64,000 bases of DNA from Candidatus Nanoarchaeia archaeon (GCA_028279765.1 JANQND010000011.1:30976-94975), one strand, 5' to 3'; counted from the first letter of the stretch, positions 17,824-27,963 are shown. The notes: generated from the letters alone by a model not told the origin. Translations and numbers: made by a program.

Positions 17824-18813
17824 TTGGTGTACTTTATTTTGCATCCTTTTCTGCAGGCAATCCTAGCTAGTTTTGTGTTAGCCTATGTTTTTTATCCCAT
17901 TTACACATTTTTTCGCAGAACTCTTCGCTCAAAGAATCTTGCCGCTCTTCTGGTAAGTGTCTTAGTTGTACTTGTATTTTCGCTTCCTATTGTCTTTGTT
18001 GCGAACTCGCTTAGCCAGGAGGCAAGAGTAAACTATGTCTTCATCAAGAAAATCCTTGCAACCGGCGACATCGTAGAGGGGGAGTGCGACCCGGAAAACC
18101 CTATCTGCAGGCTGGAGGGATTTCTCGGAGAGTATATTGCTGATCCTCAAATTAAATTCCAGCTCACCAGCGGCCTTACGCGCGTAACTGACTTCTTTGT
18201 TAATTTTGCAGGTGACATCATTTTTTCTATACCTTTGTTCATCCTGAACTTTTGTGTTATGGTCTTTATTATTTTTTATCTGCTTAAAGAAGGAGATGTG
18301 CTGGTGTACAGGCTTAAACGGCTTATCCCGCTCAAGCAAATCCACCGAACGAATATTTTTGATAAGCTCAAGGACGTGACTTTTGCGGTTATCTACGGGC
18401 ATATTACGGTTGTTGCAGGCCAGGCGGCAATTGGGGGGCTTGCCCTTTGGATATTCGGAGTGCGAAGCCCTTTCCTTTGGGCTATTGTGATGTTTTTCTT
18501 CGGGCTTATTCCTTTCCTTGGGACCGGGGTGGTATGGGTGCCTGCAGTTATCTTTAAAGCGATTAATCAGGAACCCGGTGCAGCAATCGGCCTGCTTATT
18601 GTTGGCCTGTTCATATCAACAGCAGATAATTTCATCAAACCTAAAATTATTTCCGGGAGAGCAGATGTTCATCCAGTATTGGTGTTGCTCGGTGTAATCG
18701 GAGGCTTGCTTGTTTTTGGGGGAATTGGTATTATCGTAGGCCCTGTTATTCTCTCCTTGTTCATTACTTTTATTGAAATCTATGAGGCGGAACATCTTGA
18801 AGCTAAAAGTTAA
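17824..18813 (+). CDS. AI-2E family transporter (PerM/UPF0118 permease)
   Basis: Multi-TM protein with a glycine-rich C-terminal TM region typical of this family. Confidence 0.6.
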   Translation: MVYFILHPFLQAILASFVLAYVFYPIYTFFRRTLRSKNLAALLVSVLVVLVFSLPIVFVANSLSQEARVNYVFIKKILATGDIVEGECDPENPICRLEGFLGEYIADPQIKFQLTSGLTRVTDFFVNFAGDIIFSIPLFILNFCVMVFIIFYLLKEGDVLVYRLKRLIPLKQIHRTNIFDKLKDVTFAVIYGHITVVAGQAAIGGLALWIFGVRSPFLWAIVMFFFGLIPFLGTGVVWVPAVIFKAINQEPGAAIGLLIVGLFISTADNFIKPKIISGRADVHPVLVLLGVIGGLLVFGGIGIIVGPVILSLFITFIEIYEAEHLEAKS

Positions 18814-20281
18814 GCGGCTGGGAATATCAACAGGAGGCCCGCTAGTGGCTATTATCAATGAGGAGGATGCGAAGGTTTTGGACCTTCATCCTCTGGACAG
18901 AATTAAGATAACTAAAGGAAAATCCATTGAAACAGTGGTTGTGGATATAGGAAAAAAAAGTGTTGTTCCGAAGGGAACTATTGGGGTCTTTGATGAGCTG
19001 ACTGCATCCCTTCCTCTAAAGGATCGCGATTCGGTAGCGATTAAAGTTGCCAAGAAACCGGTTTCTCTGGACTATATCAAAAAAAAGCTTGATGGCTATA
19101 GCCTGAGCAAGAAAGAAATTGACCAGATTGTATGGGATATTGTTCATAACAGATTAAGTGATGTGGAGCTGACGTTTTTCATCGCTGCATCCTACTGCAA
19201 CCCAAATAACATGGATGAGACCGTCTGGCTTACGCGGGCCATTGCTAATGAGGGGGATCGACTGCAGCTTAAGGAAAAAAAGATTATCGATAAGCATAGC
19301 ATAGGCGGTATTCCCGGAAATCGCACTACCCTGGTAGTTGTCCCGATCATGGCAGCTGCGGGCTACACGATGCCAAAGACCAGTAGCAGGGCGATTACTT
19401 CTCCTGCAGGCACTGCAGACACCATGGAGGTGCTTGCGAGTGTTGAATTCAGCCTCAAGAAAATGAGGGAGATTATTACTAAGGCTAAGGCCTGCATTGT
19501 ATGGGGTGGTGCCCTTAATCTTGCTCCTGCTGATGATAAGATCATTAATGTGGAGAAATCGTTGATGATTGATGCCGAGTCTCAATTGCTTGCATCTATT
19601 ATGGCAAAGAAGCACTCGGTTTCTTCTACTCATGTCATTATTGATATTCCGATTGGCCCTAATACCAAGATTACTGACCGCAAAAAGGCTGAGCACCTGA
19701 AATATAAGTTTAAACAACTGGGAACTAAATTGGGGATGAAGATAAGTGTGATACTCACTGACGGCAAAGAGCCTATCGGTAATGGAATCGGCCCTGCGCT
19801 TGAGGCGCGCGACGTATTGAAAATCCTGCGGCAGGATGATGATCGACCCCTTGATCTCGAAAAGAAATGCCTTGCGATGTGCACTCAGCTGTTTTCCCTG
19901 ATGGGAAAGAGGAACGGGCTTACGCTCTCAAAACAACTCCTGCAATCCGGAAAGGCGTATGAGAAGATGCAGCACATCATTAAGCTGCAGGGAGGAAATG
20001 CCCGAATAAAACCGGAAGAGATTCCTCTCGCGCGCTTTGAATATGATGTTATTGCAAGCAAGAGCGGGAAAATCAAATCCATCAACAACCTCTTTGTTGC
20101 GAAGATCGCGCGCATTGCCGGTGCTCCGCAAAATAAGGGTGCAGGGATTTACTTGTATAAGCATATTGGCGAAACCTTAAAAAAGGGAGAGCGTATTATG
20201 ACTGTCTATGCCGGAACCAAGAGCAAGATTGATTATGTCGAGCAGGTTCTGGAAGGGATGGATGATATTGTTGTGTATTGA
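18773..20281 (+). CDS. AMP phosphorylase / thymidine phosphorylase family (archaeal DeoA-like, about 500 aa)
   Basis: Has the N-terminal extension characteristic of archaeal AMP phosphorylase plus pyrimidine-nucleoside-phosphorylase core motifs (SIGGIPGNRTT...TSSRAITSPAGTADTME). Confidence 0.75.
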   Translation: MKSMRRNILKLKVKRLGISTGGPLVAIINEEDAKVLDLHPLDRIKITKGKSIETVVVDIGKKSVVPKGTIGVFDELTASLPLKDRDSVAIKVAKKPVSLDYIKKKLDGYSLSKKEIDQIVWDIVHNRLSDVELTFFIAASYCNPNNMDETVWLTRAIANEGDRLQLKEKKIIDKHSIGGIPGNRTTLVVVPIMAAAGYTMPKTSSRAITSPAGTADTMEVLASVEFSLKKMREIITKAKACIVWGGALNLAPADDKIINVEKSLMIDAESQLLASIMAKKHSVSSTHVIIDIPIGPNTKITDRKKAEHLKYKFKQLGTKLGMKISVILTDGKEPIGNGIGPALEARDVLKILRQDDDRPLDLEKKCLAMCTQLFSLMGKRNGLTLSKQLLQSGKAYEKMQHIIKLQGGNARIKPEEIPLARFEYDVIASKSGKIKSINNLFVAKIARIAGAPQNKGAGIYLYKHIGETLKKGERIMTVYAGTKSKIDYVEQVLEGMDDIVVY

Positions 20282-20290
20282 GGAACGAAC

Positions 20291-20503
20291 ATGCCAAGAC
20301 CAGGATCAATTATACCAAAGGCACCTGTTGCCAAGGTTATGCAAAATGCAGGAGCGAAACGCGTTTCCGATGATGCGACAGAGGCTATGGTGCAGTTTTT
20401 AATGGATTATTCTTTGACCGTGAGCGAGAGAGCAGTTCGCATTGCCCGGCACTCGGGCCGAAAGACCGTGAAGGCAGGCGATATTAAAGTTGCGGTGAAG
20501 TGA
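20291..20503 (+). CDS. Archaeal histone (HMf-type histone fold)
   Basis: 70 aa. PKAPVAKVMQNAGAKRVSDDA...RIARHSGRKTVKAGDIKVAV matches the archaeal histone consensus. Confidence 0.9.
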   Translation: MPRPGSIIPKAPVAKVMQNAGAKRVSDDATEAMVQFLMDYSLTVSERAVRIARHSGRKTVKAGDIKVAVK

Positions 20504-20551
20504 TTTCTTGGAATAGTTTTATAAAATAGTGTTTTGTTCTGAAATGTTTAT

Positions 20552-20646
20552 GGGCTGGTAGTTAAATCTGGAAGCTGGGAACAGTTGGATAATATAACGC
20601 GCCGCTGGCAGCGGTGAGGCTCCGGGTTCAAATCCCGGCCAGTCCA
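20552..20646 (+). tRNA. tRNA-Ala(GGC) with non-canonical intron (about 18-20 nt) in the D-loop
   Basis: Folded by hand. Acceptor GGGCTGG/CCAGTCC with a G3:U70 pair, the alanine identity element. U8-A9, D-stem GTTA/TAAC enclosing a 30-nt loop (normally 8-11), anticodon stem CGCCG/CGGTG, loop CUGGCAG, T-arm CCGGG-TTCAAAT-CCCGG, discriminator A. Confidence 0.65.
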
Positions 20647-20654
20647 TTTTTTTC

Positions 20655-21071
20655 TTAAAAATCAATCGCCATTTCTAATAACTGCTTTTTATACTTAACC
20701 ATGGCATCGAGAATGTCGTTTGATGAGATGATTCCCTGGAGCGCTCCGTTTTCAAGAACGATGACTCGTTTGATTCCTTTATCTCTCATTAATCCCATGG
20801 CTTTGGAACTATGATCTGTTGGCTTGACAGAAACAGGGTTTTTGTTCATAACCTCCCTGATAAATACTTTTTTTGGTGAGATTCCTTTGGCGATGACTTT
20901 GTTTATGATGTCTTTGTTTGAGACTACCCCGATAACCTTTTTATTTTCAATGGTATCGAAGACAACCACTAAGCCACGATTATATTTTCCCATCTCTTCG
21001 GCTGCTTTTTGTACCGTGTCTCCACCGAATACGGCAACGGTGTCTTTGTTCATGAGGTCTTTTACGTCCAT
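20655..21071 (-). CDS. CBS domain pair protein
   Basis: Two CBS repeats in a 138-aa protein. Confidence 0.75.
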   Translation of the reverse strand: MDVKDLMNKDTVAVFGGDTVQKAAEEMGKYNRGLVVVFDTIENKKVIGVVSNKDIINKVIAKGISPKKVFIREVMNKNPVSVKPTDHSSKAMGLMRDKGIKRVIVLENGALQGIISSNDILDAMVKYKKQLLEMAIDF

Positions 21072-21106
21072 GTTTTGATATCTGGTTTTAGTCTATTAAA
21101 AAGTTG

Positions 21107-21733
21107 TCATTTCCTATACACATGCAGATAATCAATCAACATCGGCAAATCAGTAAACTTCTCTCCTTTTTCGTATCGTTTTATTGCTTTTTTATCTTTG
21201 AGCGTGACTGTTTTTATGAATTGCAGTCCTTCGAAATTGGTACGTACTTTAGAAGTATCGTAGAGCAGGAACAATGTTCCTTGTTTTGATTCTTCTGCGA
21301 TCTTTTCTGCTATTTCATTGCAGCCGTTGATGAAGTTGAAGATGATATTGAAATCTTTGAAGCTTTTTTTTAGCTTCTTGTAGGGCTTTTCTTCCAGGAA
21401 ATTTCCTTGCACTATTTCTACTTTTAAAGAAAGGTTACTTAGCATTTCAATTGATGCTTTGTAAAATTCTTCCTCTGCCTCTATTCCATAGGCTTGCAGT
21501 CCATGTATTGACGCAAAAGCAAGCACTCTTCCATCACCTGATCCCATGTCGAGAAAAGACTGCCCTTTTTCTATGAGGCCTTCAGAGAATAATACTTTGA
21601 ATAACTCTTCCATATGACCCAGAGCAGTGGGCATATACAATCCTGCTGACGTATTTGTGTTTACTTCTCCTAGCCTTTCTCTTCGGTTGTTCTCGTATTG
21701 TTGATAGTAATTAATGATGGTCTGTGCGTCCAT
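21107..21733 (-). CDS. Class I SAM-dependent methyltransferase
   Basis: Motif I LDMGSGDGRV and a Rossmann-like arrangement. Confidence 0.6.
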   Translation of the reverse strand: MDAQTIINYYQQYENNRRERLGEVNTNTSAGLYMPTALGHMEELFKVLFSEGLIEKGQSFLDMGSGDGRVLAFASIHGLQAYGIEAEEEFYKASIEMLSNLSLKVEIVQGNFLEEKPYKKLKKSFKDFNIIFNFINGCNEIAEKIAEESKQGTLFLLYDTSKVRTNFEGLQFIKTVTLKDKKAIKRYEKGEKFTDLPMLIDYLHVYRK

Positions 21734-21826
21734 ATTGCTTCCATTTGAATTCAGGTTTATATTTTTTTTCTCTCTTCCTCTCTTACAATAGCAATACTTT
21801 TATAGCGTCTGTGTTTAACTTCTGCT

Positions 21827-22438
21827 ATGGGTAAAACAGAGACGTTTCTTGAAATCTTCCGAAAAGCACAGAAGAAATACGGTAAAAGCACCTATCGACT
21901 GGCAGGCGATGCCTGGCCAGAGCCTTGGCAGACCGTGATTACAACCATCATGTCTGCGCAGAGCCGAGACGAGACCACGATTCCTATTGCAGAAGATTTG
22001 TATAGAAAATATCCTACATTGGAGAGCCTGGCAAGTGCGAAGTATGATGATGTTCTTCTGGTCTTGAAAAGCATGAACTATAACCGAACCAAAACAAAGC
22101 ATGTGATTGAGGCAGCGCAGTTTATCTTGAGCGAGTTTAAGGGCAAAGTTCCCGAATCGATTGATGAGCTGGTGAAAATTCCGGGGGTTGGCAGGAAAAC
22201 AGCGAATTTAGTGGTCTCTGAGGTATTTCAGAAGCCTGGTATTTGTGTGGATACGCATGTGCATCGCATCTCTAATGTCTTTGGTTTTGTTGATACCAAA
22301 ACACCCGAACAAACAGAGTATGCGCTTCAGAAAATCGCACCAAAGCGATATTGGTCAAAAATAAACCGATTATTTGTTCTGTGGGGTAAAGACGTTGCGG
22401 GAAGGGATAAGGAGAAATTGCTTGCAGCACTGGAATAG
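21827..22438 (+). CDS. nth: Endonuclease III-like HhH-GPD DNA glycosylase (no Fe-S cysteine cluster)
   Basis: Helix-hairpin-helix IPGVGRKTANLV and a VDTHVHRI motif. The C-terminus lacks the four-Cys [4Fe-4S] motif. Confidence 0.65.
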   Translation: MGKTETFLEIFRKAQKKYGKSTYRLAGDAWPEPWQTVITTIMSAQSRDETTIPIAEDLYRKYPTLESLASAKYDDVLLVLKSMNYNRTKTKHVIEAAQFILSEFKGKVPESIDELVKIPGVGRKTANLVVSEVFQKPGICVDTHVHRISNVFGFVDTKTPEQTEYALQKIAPKRYWSKINRLFVLWGKDVAGRDKEKLLAALE

Positions 22439-22465
22439 TTTATGAGAAAGTCAAGCTGCGCTTGG

Positions 22466-22576
22466 CTAGTAGCTGTAAAATCCCTTATTTTTCTTTGCTT
22501 GCTGACATTCTCCGGATGAGACGACCCTCTTGTCAGCCCGTTACTTTATACGTATGGATTTTACCTGATGCTACTA
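22466..22576 (+). other. long imperfect hairpin / structured element in the nth-guaA intergenic region
   Basis: ctagtagc..taaaatcc pairs with ggatttta..gctactag, two 8-bp segments about 90 nt apart. They enclose an inner hairpin gctgaca(23 nt)tgtcagc. Confidence 0.35.
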
Positions 22577-22639
22577 GCAATACTTTCTCTTAACCTTGTG
22601 AAAAGTAACCTTTTTAAACCCTAGATTCATACCTTCTCT

Positions 22640-24175
22640 ATGCTGGTAGTGATTAATTTTGGGTCCCAACTTGCACATTTGATAGCAAGAAGGGTGCGCG
22701 AACTGGGTGTGTATTCTGAGATTGTTCCTTCTGATATTTCTGCTAAAAAGCTTGCATTAATGAGCCCATCAGGCATTATTCTCTCTGGCGGACCTTCTTC
22801 AGTCTATGAGAAGGGGGCACCTGCATTGGATGATGCTATCTTTGATCTGGGTATTCCTGTTTTAGGAATCTGCTATGGCTTGCAACTGATTGGGAAGCGG
22901 TTTGGTAAGGTAAAGAACCATGCTATCAAAGAATATGGCAAGGCTATGCTTGCGGTAAAGAAGACAGGGAAGCTTTTGAATACACTAGGTAAGGAAGAGC
23001 AGGTGTGGATGAGCCATGGTGATGCAATTACTTCCCTGGATAAAGATTTTCAGATTATCGGCTCTACTGACTCCTGCTCTGTTGCGGCAGTTGAGAACAC
23101 GAAGCAGAATATCTACGGTGTTCAGTTCCATCCGGAAGTCGTGCATACGAAAAAAGGAAAACAAATTCTTAAGAATTTCGTATTTGGGATCTGCAAGTCT
23201 AAAAAAGACTTCAATATTTCTGATCTAAAAGAAAAAATTATCACTGAAATACGAGAAGAAGTAGGTGATGAAGAAGTGCTGATGGCTACTTCCGGAGGAG
23301 TTGATTCTACTGTTGCTGCGGCTTTGCTGCATGAGGCTATCGGCGAGCGGTTACATTGCGTGTTTATTGACCATGGTTTGATTCGAAAGAACGAGAAAAA
23401 GGAAGTAGATACTGCCTATAAACGATATATGAAGTTTGAGCATTATCATTCCCTTGATGCTTCCTCAATTTTTTTGCAAAAGCTTAAGGGAGTAAGTGAT
23501 CCTGAACAAAAACGAAAAATCATTGGGCACACGTTTATCGAAGTATTTGAGAAGAAGGCACGAGAACTCAAGAACAAGCATCCAAATATCACGTTCTTAG
23601 GTCAGGGAACGATTTATCCTGATCGTATCGAGTCCGCCCAGCCCTCAAAGAATGCTTCAAAGATTAAATCTCATCATAATCTTACCCTGCCTGAGAAAAT
23701 GGATCTGAAGATCATTGAACCGCTGAAGGAATTTTATAAGGATAATGTCCGACAGATGGGTACATTGCTGAATATCCCTTCTTCTCTTCTTGATCGGCAC
23801 CCCTTTCCGGGACCTGGCCTTGCTATTCGGATCCTTGGAGAAATTACTCCGCGCAGAATTTCTATCCTGCAGGAAGCAGATGCAATCTTTATTCACGAAT
23901 TGAAGGATTCAGGATATTATGCGAAAACCTGGCAGGCGCTTGCTGCTTTGCTTCCGGTAAAGACCGTTGGAGTAATGGGAGATTCACGAACATATGAGTA
24001 TATGATTTCGCTTCGGGCGGTGACCTCTGTTGATGCGATGACTGCTGATTGGGCAAAACTTCCACATTCTCTTTTGGAAAAGATTTCTACCCGTATTGTT
24101 AACGAAGTGAAGGGCGTGAATCGCGTTGTGTATGATATCACTCAGAAGCCTCCTGGTACAATTGAGTATGAATAG
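22640..24175 (+). CDS. guaA: GMP synthase (glutamine-hydrolysing), fused GATase and ATP-PPase
   Basis: N-terminal class I GATase (GICYGLQL, HPE) fused to a PP-loop domain (SGGVDSTV) and C-terminal dimerisation domain. Size 511 aa. Confidence 0.9.
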   Translation: MLVVINFGSQLAHLIARRVRELGVYSEIVPSDISAKKLALMSPSGIILSGGPSSVYEKGAPALDDAIFDLGIPVLGICYGLQLIGKRFGKVKNHAIKEYGKAMLAVKKTGKLLNTLGKEEQVWMSHGDAITSLDKDFQIIGSTDSCSVAAVENTKQNIYGVQFHPEVVHTKKGKQILKNFVFGICKSKKDFNISDLKEKIITEIREEVGDEEVLMATSGGVDSTVAAALLHEAIGERLHCVFIDHGLIRKNEKKEVDTAYKRYMKFEHYHSLDASSIFLQKLKGVSDPEQKRKIIGHTFIEVFEKKARELKNKHPNITFLGQGTIYPDRIESAQPSKNASKIKSHHNLTLPEKMDLKIIEPLKEFYKDNVRQMGTLLNIPSSLLDRHPFPGPGLAIRILGEITPRRISILQEADAIFIHELKDSGYYAKTWQALAALLPVKTVGVMGDSRTYEYMISLRAVTSVDAMTADWAKLPHSLLEKISTRIVNEVKGVNRVVYDITQKPPGTIEYE

Positions 24176-24236
24176 TTCTTGTTGTCTCTACTTTTCAATA
24201 GTTAAATATATAAATCCCTATTTGAAATAGTCAGCG

Positions 24237-25124
24237 ATGGATCATTATCTGAAAAATGAGAAGACTATTCTAGAAGTAAAGGATTTGACCATTACCTATA
24301 AGGGAAACGGAAAGACCAGTTCTGATCAGCAAGCCCTTTATGACGTAGATTTAAGAATTCCAAAGAATAAAGTTACTGCTTTGATCGGCTCAAGTGGCTG
24401 TGGAAAGAGTACTCTTCTTAAATCCCTCAATCGGATGCTCGAGGTTAATGCGGTCTTTGAGAAAAAGGGAGAGATACTCTATCATGGTCGTGAGATTTAC
24501 GATCCAATGACTGATGTAGTAGAGCTTAGAAGGTCAGTAGGAATGGTTTTTCAAAAACCGACTCCCTTTCCTAAAAATATCTATGAAAATGTTGCTTATG
24601 GATTAAGAATCCAAGAAGGAAAGTACAAAGACTCAAATTTCATCACTACTTCCTACGATCACCTTACTCGTTATAGACGTAAGAAGAAAAATTTTCCTAG
24701 AACTGAGTTGGATCAAATAGTAGAAAGCTCTCTTCAACAAGCCGGACTCTTGAATGAAGTTAAAGATCGGCTATTTGAATCTGGTTTAGACCTTTCTGGT
24801 GGGCAGCACCAGCGTCTGTGTATTGCACGGGCGATTGCGGTCAAGCCAGAAGTTCTTCTTATGGATGAGCCTTGTTCAGCACTGGATCCTACTTCGACAG
24901 CTAAGATTGAAGAATTGATTGAAAAGCTGAAGAAAAAGTATACTATCGTAATTGTAACACATAATATGGAGCAGGCTATGCGAGTTTCTGATTATACAGC
25001 ATTTCTTAATAAGGAAGACAACGGTAAAGGAGCAGAGCTCATTGAAGTTGGCCCAACAGAAAAAATTTTTTCGAATCCAAATAAAAAAGAAACAGAAAAC
25101 TATATCACTGGCAAATTCGGCTAG
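24237..25124 (+). CDS. pstB: Phosphate ABC transporter ATP-binding protein PstB-like (orphan, with about 35-aa insertion)
   Basis: Walker [10 protein letters not shown] and LNRM, signature LSGGQHQRL, Walker B LLMDEP, and [17 protein letters not shown] of PstB type. No pstS, pstC or pstA nearby. Confidence 0.7.
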   Translation: MDHYLKNEKTILEVKDLTITYKGNGKTSSDQQALYDVDLRIPKNKVTALIGSSGCGKSTLLKSLNRMLEVNAVFEKKGEILYHGREIYDPMTDVVELRRSVGMVFQKPTPFPKNIYENVAYGLRIQEGKYKDSNFITTSYDHLTRYRRKKKNFPRTELDQIVESSLQQAGLLNEVKDRLFESGLDLSGGQHQRLCIARAIAVKPEVLLMDEPCSALDPTSTAKIEELIEKLKKKYTIVIVTHNMEQAMRVSDYTAFLNKEDNGKGAELIEVGPTEKIFSNPNKKETENYITGKFG

Positions 25125-25164
25125 CACAAAAAGCTTTTATACTCACTTCTTTTAGCAACTATTC

Positions 25165-26394
25165 ATGGCCTTTGCACGACCGAAAGGAACAGAGGATTTT
25201 TACCCATCTCAGATGGCTATTCGATCCCGTATTTTTGATTCGCTTAGAAATACGTCTCAAAAGTATGGATACAGAGAGGTATCTACTCCTGCTTTCGAGA
25301 GCTTGGGGCTGCTTTCGAAAAAAGAAGGTGAGGAGATTAAAGAGCAGATTTTTACCTTAGAAAAACGCTCAAAGGAAGAGTTTGGCCTACGTTTCGATTT
25401 GACTGTTCCTTTGACCCGCATGTTCATGGAACAGCAGAAATCACTCTCAAAACCTGTTCGCTGGTTTGCACTGGATCGCATGTGGCGTTATGAGCGGCCG
25501 CAGAAGGGCCGGATGCGCGAATTCTATCAGCTTAGTGTTGAGCTATTTGGAGCAGACTCCCTTACTGCGGATGCAGAGATTGTCTCACTTGCCCTGGACT
25601 GCCTCATTGATCTTGGACTGACAGAGAAGGATATTGTTTTGAAACTGAATGATCGAAAATTGCTGCAGGCGCTCTTATTGGATATTATTCCTAAGGGAAA
25701 ATTAGAGGCAGTTATTCGGCTGATTGATAAGCGAGCAAAGATTCCAGCAGAGGTTTTTGCGGATGAATTAAAGAAGGAAGGAATTGATAAGGTTTCTGAG
25801 ATTGAATCTCTTTTAGACTCTGATTTGAGCTCGATTGATTCTTCAAAGAAAGAAGTTCGGGATGCTTTAGCGTCCATTACTACATTACTTGAGCTTCTCG
25901 GAGATAAGAAAAAATATGTTGAATTTGATCTGTCCACCGCTCGCGGCCTTTCATACTATACCGGAATTGTGTTTGAGGTGTTTGATCGCACAGGCAAGTA
26001 TCGCTCTATTCTTGGCGGTGGAAGGTATGATAATTTAGTGGAAATGTTTGGAGGACAACCCACTCCTGCGACTGGGTTTGGGATTGGGTATTCAACGCTC
26101 TCTCTTCTTTTAGAAGATAAAGGATTGATCTCTGCTGATGAGGCTGGTCCGGATTATTTTATTGGAGCATTGTCTGAAGGTCAGGCCAGTATTGCCCTGA
26201 AGCTTGCTACCAAGCTACGCAAAAAATCTACCGTCGAGGTAGATGTGATGGGAAGAAATGTAGGCAATCAACTCAAGTATGCAAACAAGATTAAGGCGCG
26301 CAAAGTTATTATCATTGGTGAAGATGAGGCAAAGTCTGGTTCTGCTGTAGTAAAAGATCTAGAGACAGGAAAAGAAGAAAAGATTTCTCTTTAA
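25165..26394 (+). CDS. hisS: Histidine--tRNA ligase
   Basis: Class II aaRS motifs with a HisRS-type N-terminus (RPKGTEDFYP) and a C-terminal anticodon-binding domain. Confidence 0.85.
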   Translation: MAFARPKGTEDFYPSQMAIRSRIFDSLRNTSQKYGYREVSTPAFESLGLLSKKEGEEIKEQIFTLEKRSKEEFGLRFDLTVPLTRMFMEQQKSLSKPVRWFALDRMWRYERPQKGRMREFYQLSVELFGADSLTADAEIVSLALDCLIDLGLTEKDIVLKLNDRKLLQALLLDIIPKGKLEAVIRLIDKRAKIPAEVFADELKKEGIDKVSEIESLLDSDLSSIDSSKKEVRDALASITTLLELLGDKKKYVEFDLSTARGLSYYTGIVFEVFDRTGKYRSILGGGRYDNLVEMFGGQPTPATGFGIGYSTLSLLLEDKGLISADEAGPDYFIGALSEGQASIALKLATKLRKKSTVEVDVMGRNVGNQLKYANKIKARKVIIIGEDEAKSGSAVVKDLETGKEEKISL

Positions 26395-26397
26395 TAA

Positions 26398-27282
26398 TTA
26401 AATTTTTGTTAACTGAATGATTTCATCTCCTATGTAGAACGAATTCTCTGCCTGGCTGACCATGCCACCACTTCTCTCAACTAAAGGAGGATGCTCTCTG
26501 AGAACATTAAGCTGCTTGAATTGCTTTAAGGCATAGTTGATTTGTGCTTCTGAGCGCTTGTCTGAGAGCCAGCGCTTGGTGAAGGGAAGGTTTTCGAATC
26601 CGTCGATTTCTTTTTGAATATCCCGCACGAACCCGGTTCTTACAGATTTTTTGCCGACCATTTCAAAGACATTAGGCTCGCCTTGTTCTTGGATGAGACC
26701 AACGCCTGTGCTTGCGAACGGCTCAACAGCAATAAAGCCTTCTTCGAGAACATCGTCTCCTTTTGTGTCATAATTTGGAATAGTTGGTGCGGTATGAATC
26801 CCGTAATGTGCTAGTCCATGGCCAGAGAGATTTCTTACGGGTTGAAATCCTAGGTTTGTTGTGGCATCCTCAATTGCTTTTCCTATTCTTGAAATTTTGA
26901 TGCCTTTTTCCAGGACCTCTGTTGCTGCTTTGAGCGCTTCCTCGCTTGCTTTGAGAAGGTCACTGTAGTTTCCTGAAAGATCAACAGAGCAGGCATTATC
27001 TCCTATGTATCCGTCTACATGGACTCCAACATCAAGACAGCAGATCTGGTCTTCGAAGATGATGGGATCATCTTTTATGGCGCAATAATGCGCAGCAATT
27101 TCATTGCAGCTAATTTGTGGTGGAAAAGCGGGCTTTGCTCCTAATTCTTCTATTTTGTTTTCTATTTTTTGAGTAACATCGAGCATGCCAGCTCCTTTTT
27201 TAATGAGGTCTTTTCCGTATAAAAGAACTTCTTTTGCGATCTTTCCTGCATGCTTATAGTTTTGGAGTACTTCTTCGTCCAT
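26398..27282 (-). CDS. map: Methionine aminopeptidase, type 2 (archaeal)
   Basis: Pita-bread fold with metal ligands (D..D..H..E..E pattern) and a MetAP2-type insertion. Size 294 aa. Confidence 0.85.
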   Translation of the reverse strand: MDEEVLQNYKHAGKIAKEVLLYGKDLIKKGAGMLDVTQKIENKIEELGAKPAFPPQISCNEIAAHYCAIKDDPIIFEDQICCLDVGVHVDGYIGDNACSVDLSGNYSDLLKASEEALKAATEVLEKGIKISRIGKAIEDATTNLGFQPVRNLSGHGLAHYGIHTAPTIPNYDTKGDDVLEEGFIAVEPFASTGVGLIQEQGEPNVFEMVGKKSVRTGFVRDIQKEIDGFENLPFTKRWLSDKRSEAQINYALKQFKQLNVLREHPPLVERSGGMVSQAENSFYIGDEIIQLTKI

Positions 27283-27303
27283 ATTTTGCTAGATTTTACT
27301 GAT

Positions 27304-27945
27304 TTATTTAAAGGTTGTTGAAAGAGATTGTTCTAACTCTATTTCCTTTTCCCAATTGCTGTCAGGGAATCGTTTTCGTTTTTCTTCTAATAACTTTAGA
27401 TAATATTCAAACTTTTCTTTAGTGAATCTCGGATGATGTTTTATGCTGATTCTTGTTGATCCTATTGTTCCGTCTTTTTCTCTGATTGATTTTTTGACTG
27501 TTTCATGGATGGGATAGGTAAAGTGTATTCCTTTTTTGTTTTGAAAGAGTTTGCAAATTCCTCTGCTGAAGAGTTTTTTTTCTTTAGAGTATGTTTCTTG
27601 AATGAATCGATAGCCAAGGTGTTTTGTATTTTTTGTTAGATTTCGTATTGTTTCGAAATCTTTCTCATCAATAGACTCATCAGGGTCTAGCCATAATATC
27701 CAGTCTTTGGTTGCTTTTTGTACGGACTGATTTCTTGCTTTTGAAAAATCATCTTCCCATCTTTCTGTAAATATTTTTTTGGTGAATTTTTTTGCAATGC
27801 TTATCGTGTTATCTGTTGATCCGGTATCTATGATGATGATTTCATCGGCTAATGGCTGGTGATGTTGTAGAAATTTCTCTAGATGCTGTTCTTCATTCTT
27901 TGTGATTATGCAAAGAGAGATGGACATAAAGAAAGCAATACTCAA
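27304..27945 (-). CDS. Glycosyltransferase family 2
   Basis: CIITKNEE...IIIIDTGSTDNT...LWLDPDE, the DxD-type GT-A fold. Confidence 0.7.
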   Translation of the reverse strand: MSIAFFMSISLCIITKNEEQHLEKFLQHHQPLADEIIIIDTGSTDNTISIAKKFTKKIFTERWEDDFSKARNQSVQKATKDWILWLDPDESIDEKDFETIRNLTKNTKHLGYRFIQETYSKEKKLFSRGICKLFQNKKGIHFTYPIHETVKKSIREKDGTIGSTRISIKHHPRFTKEKFEYYLKLLEEKRKRFPDSNWEKEIELEQSLSTTFK

Positions 27946-27963
27946 GAACTAATATAATGCTTT

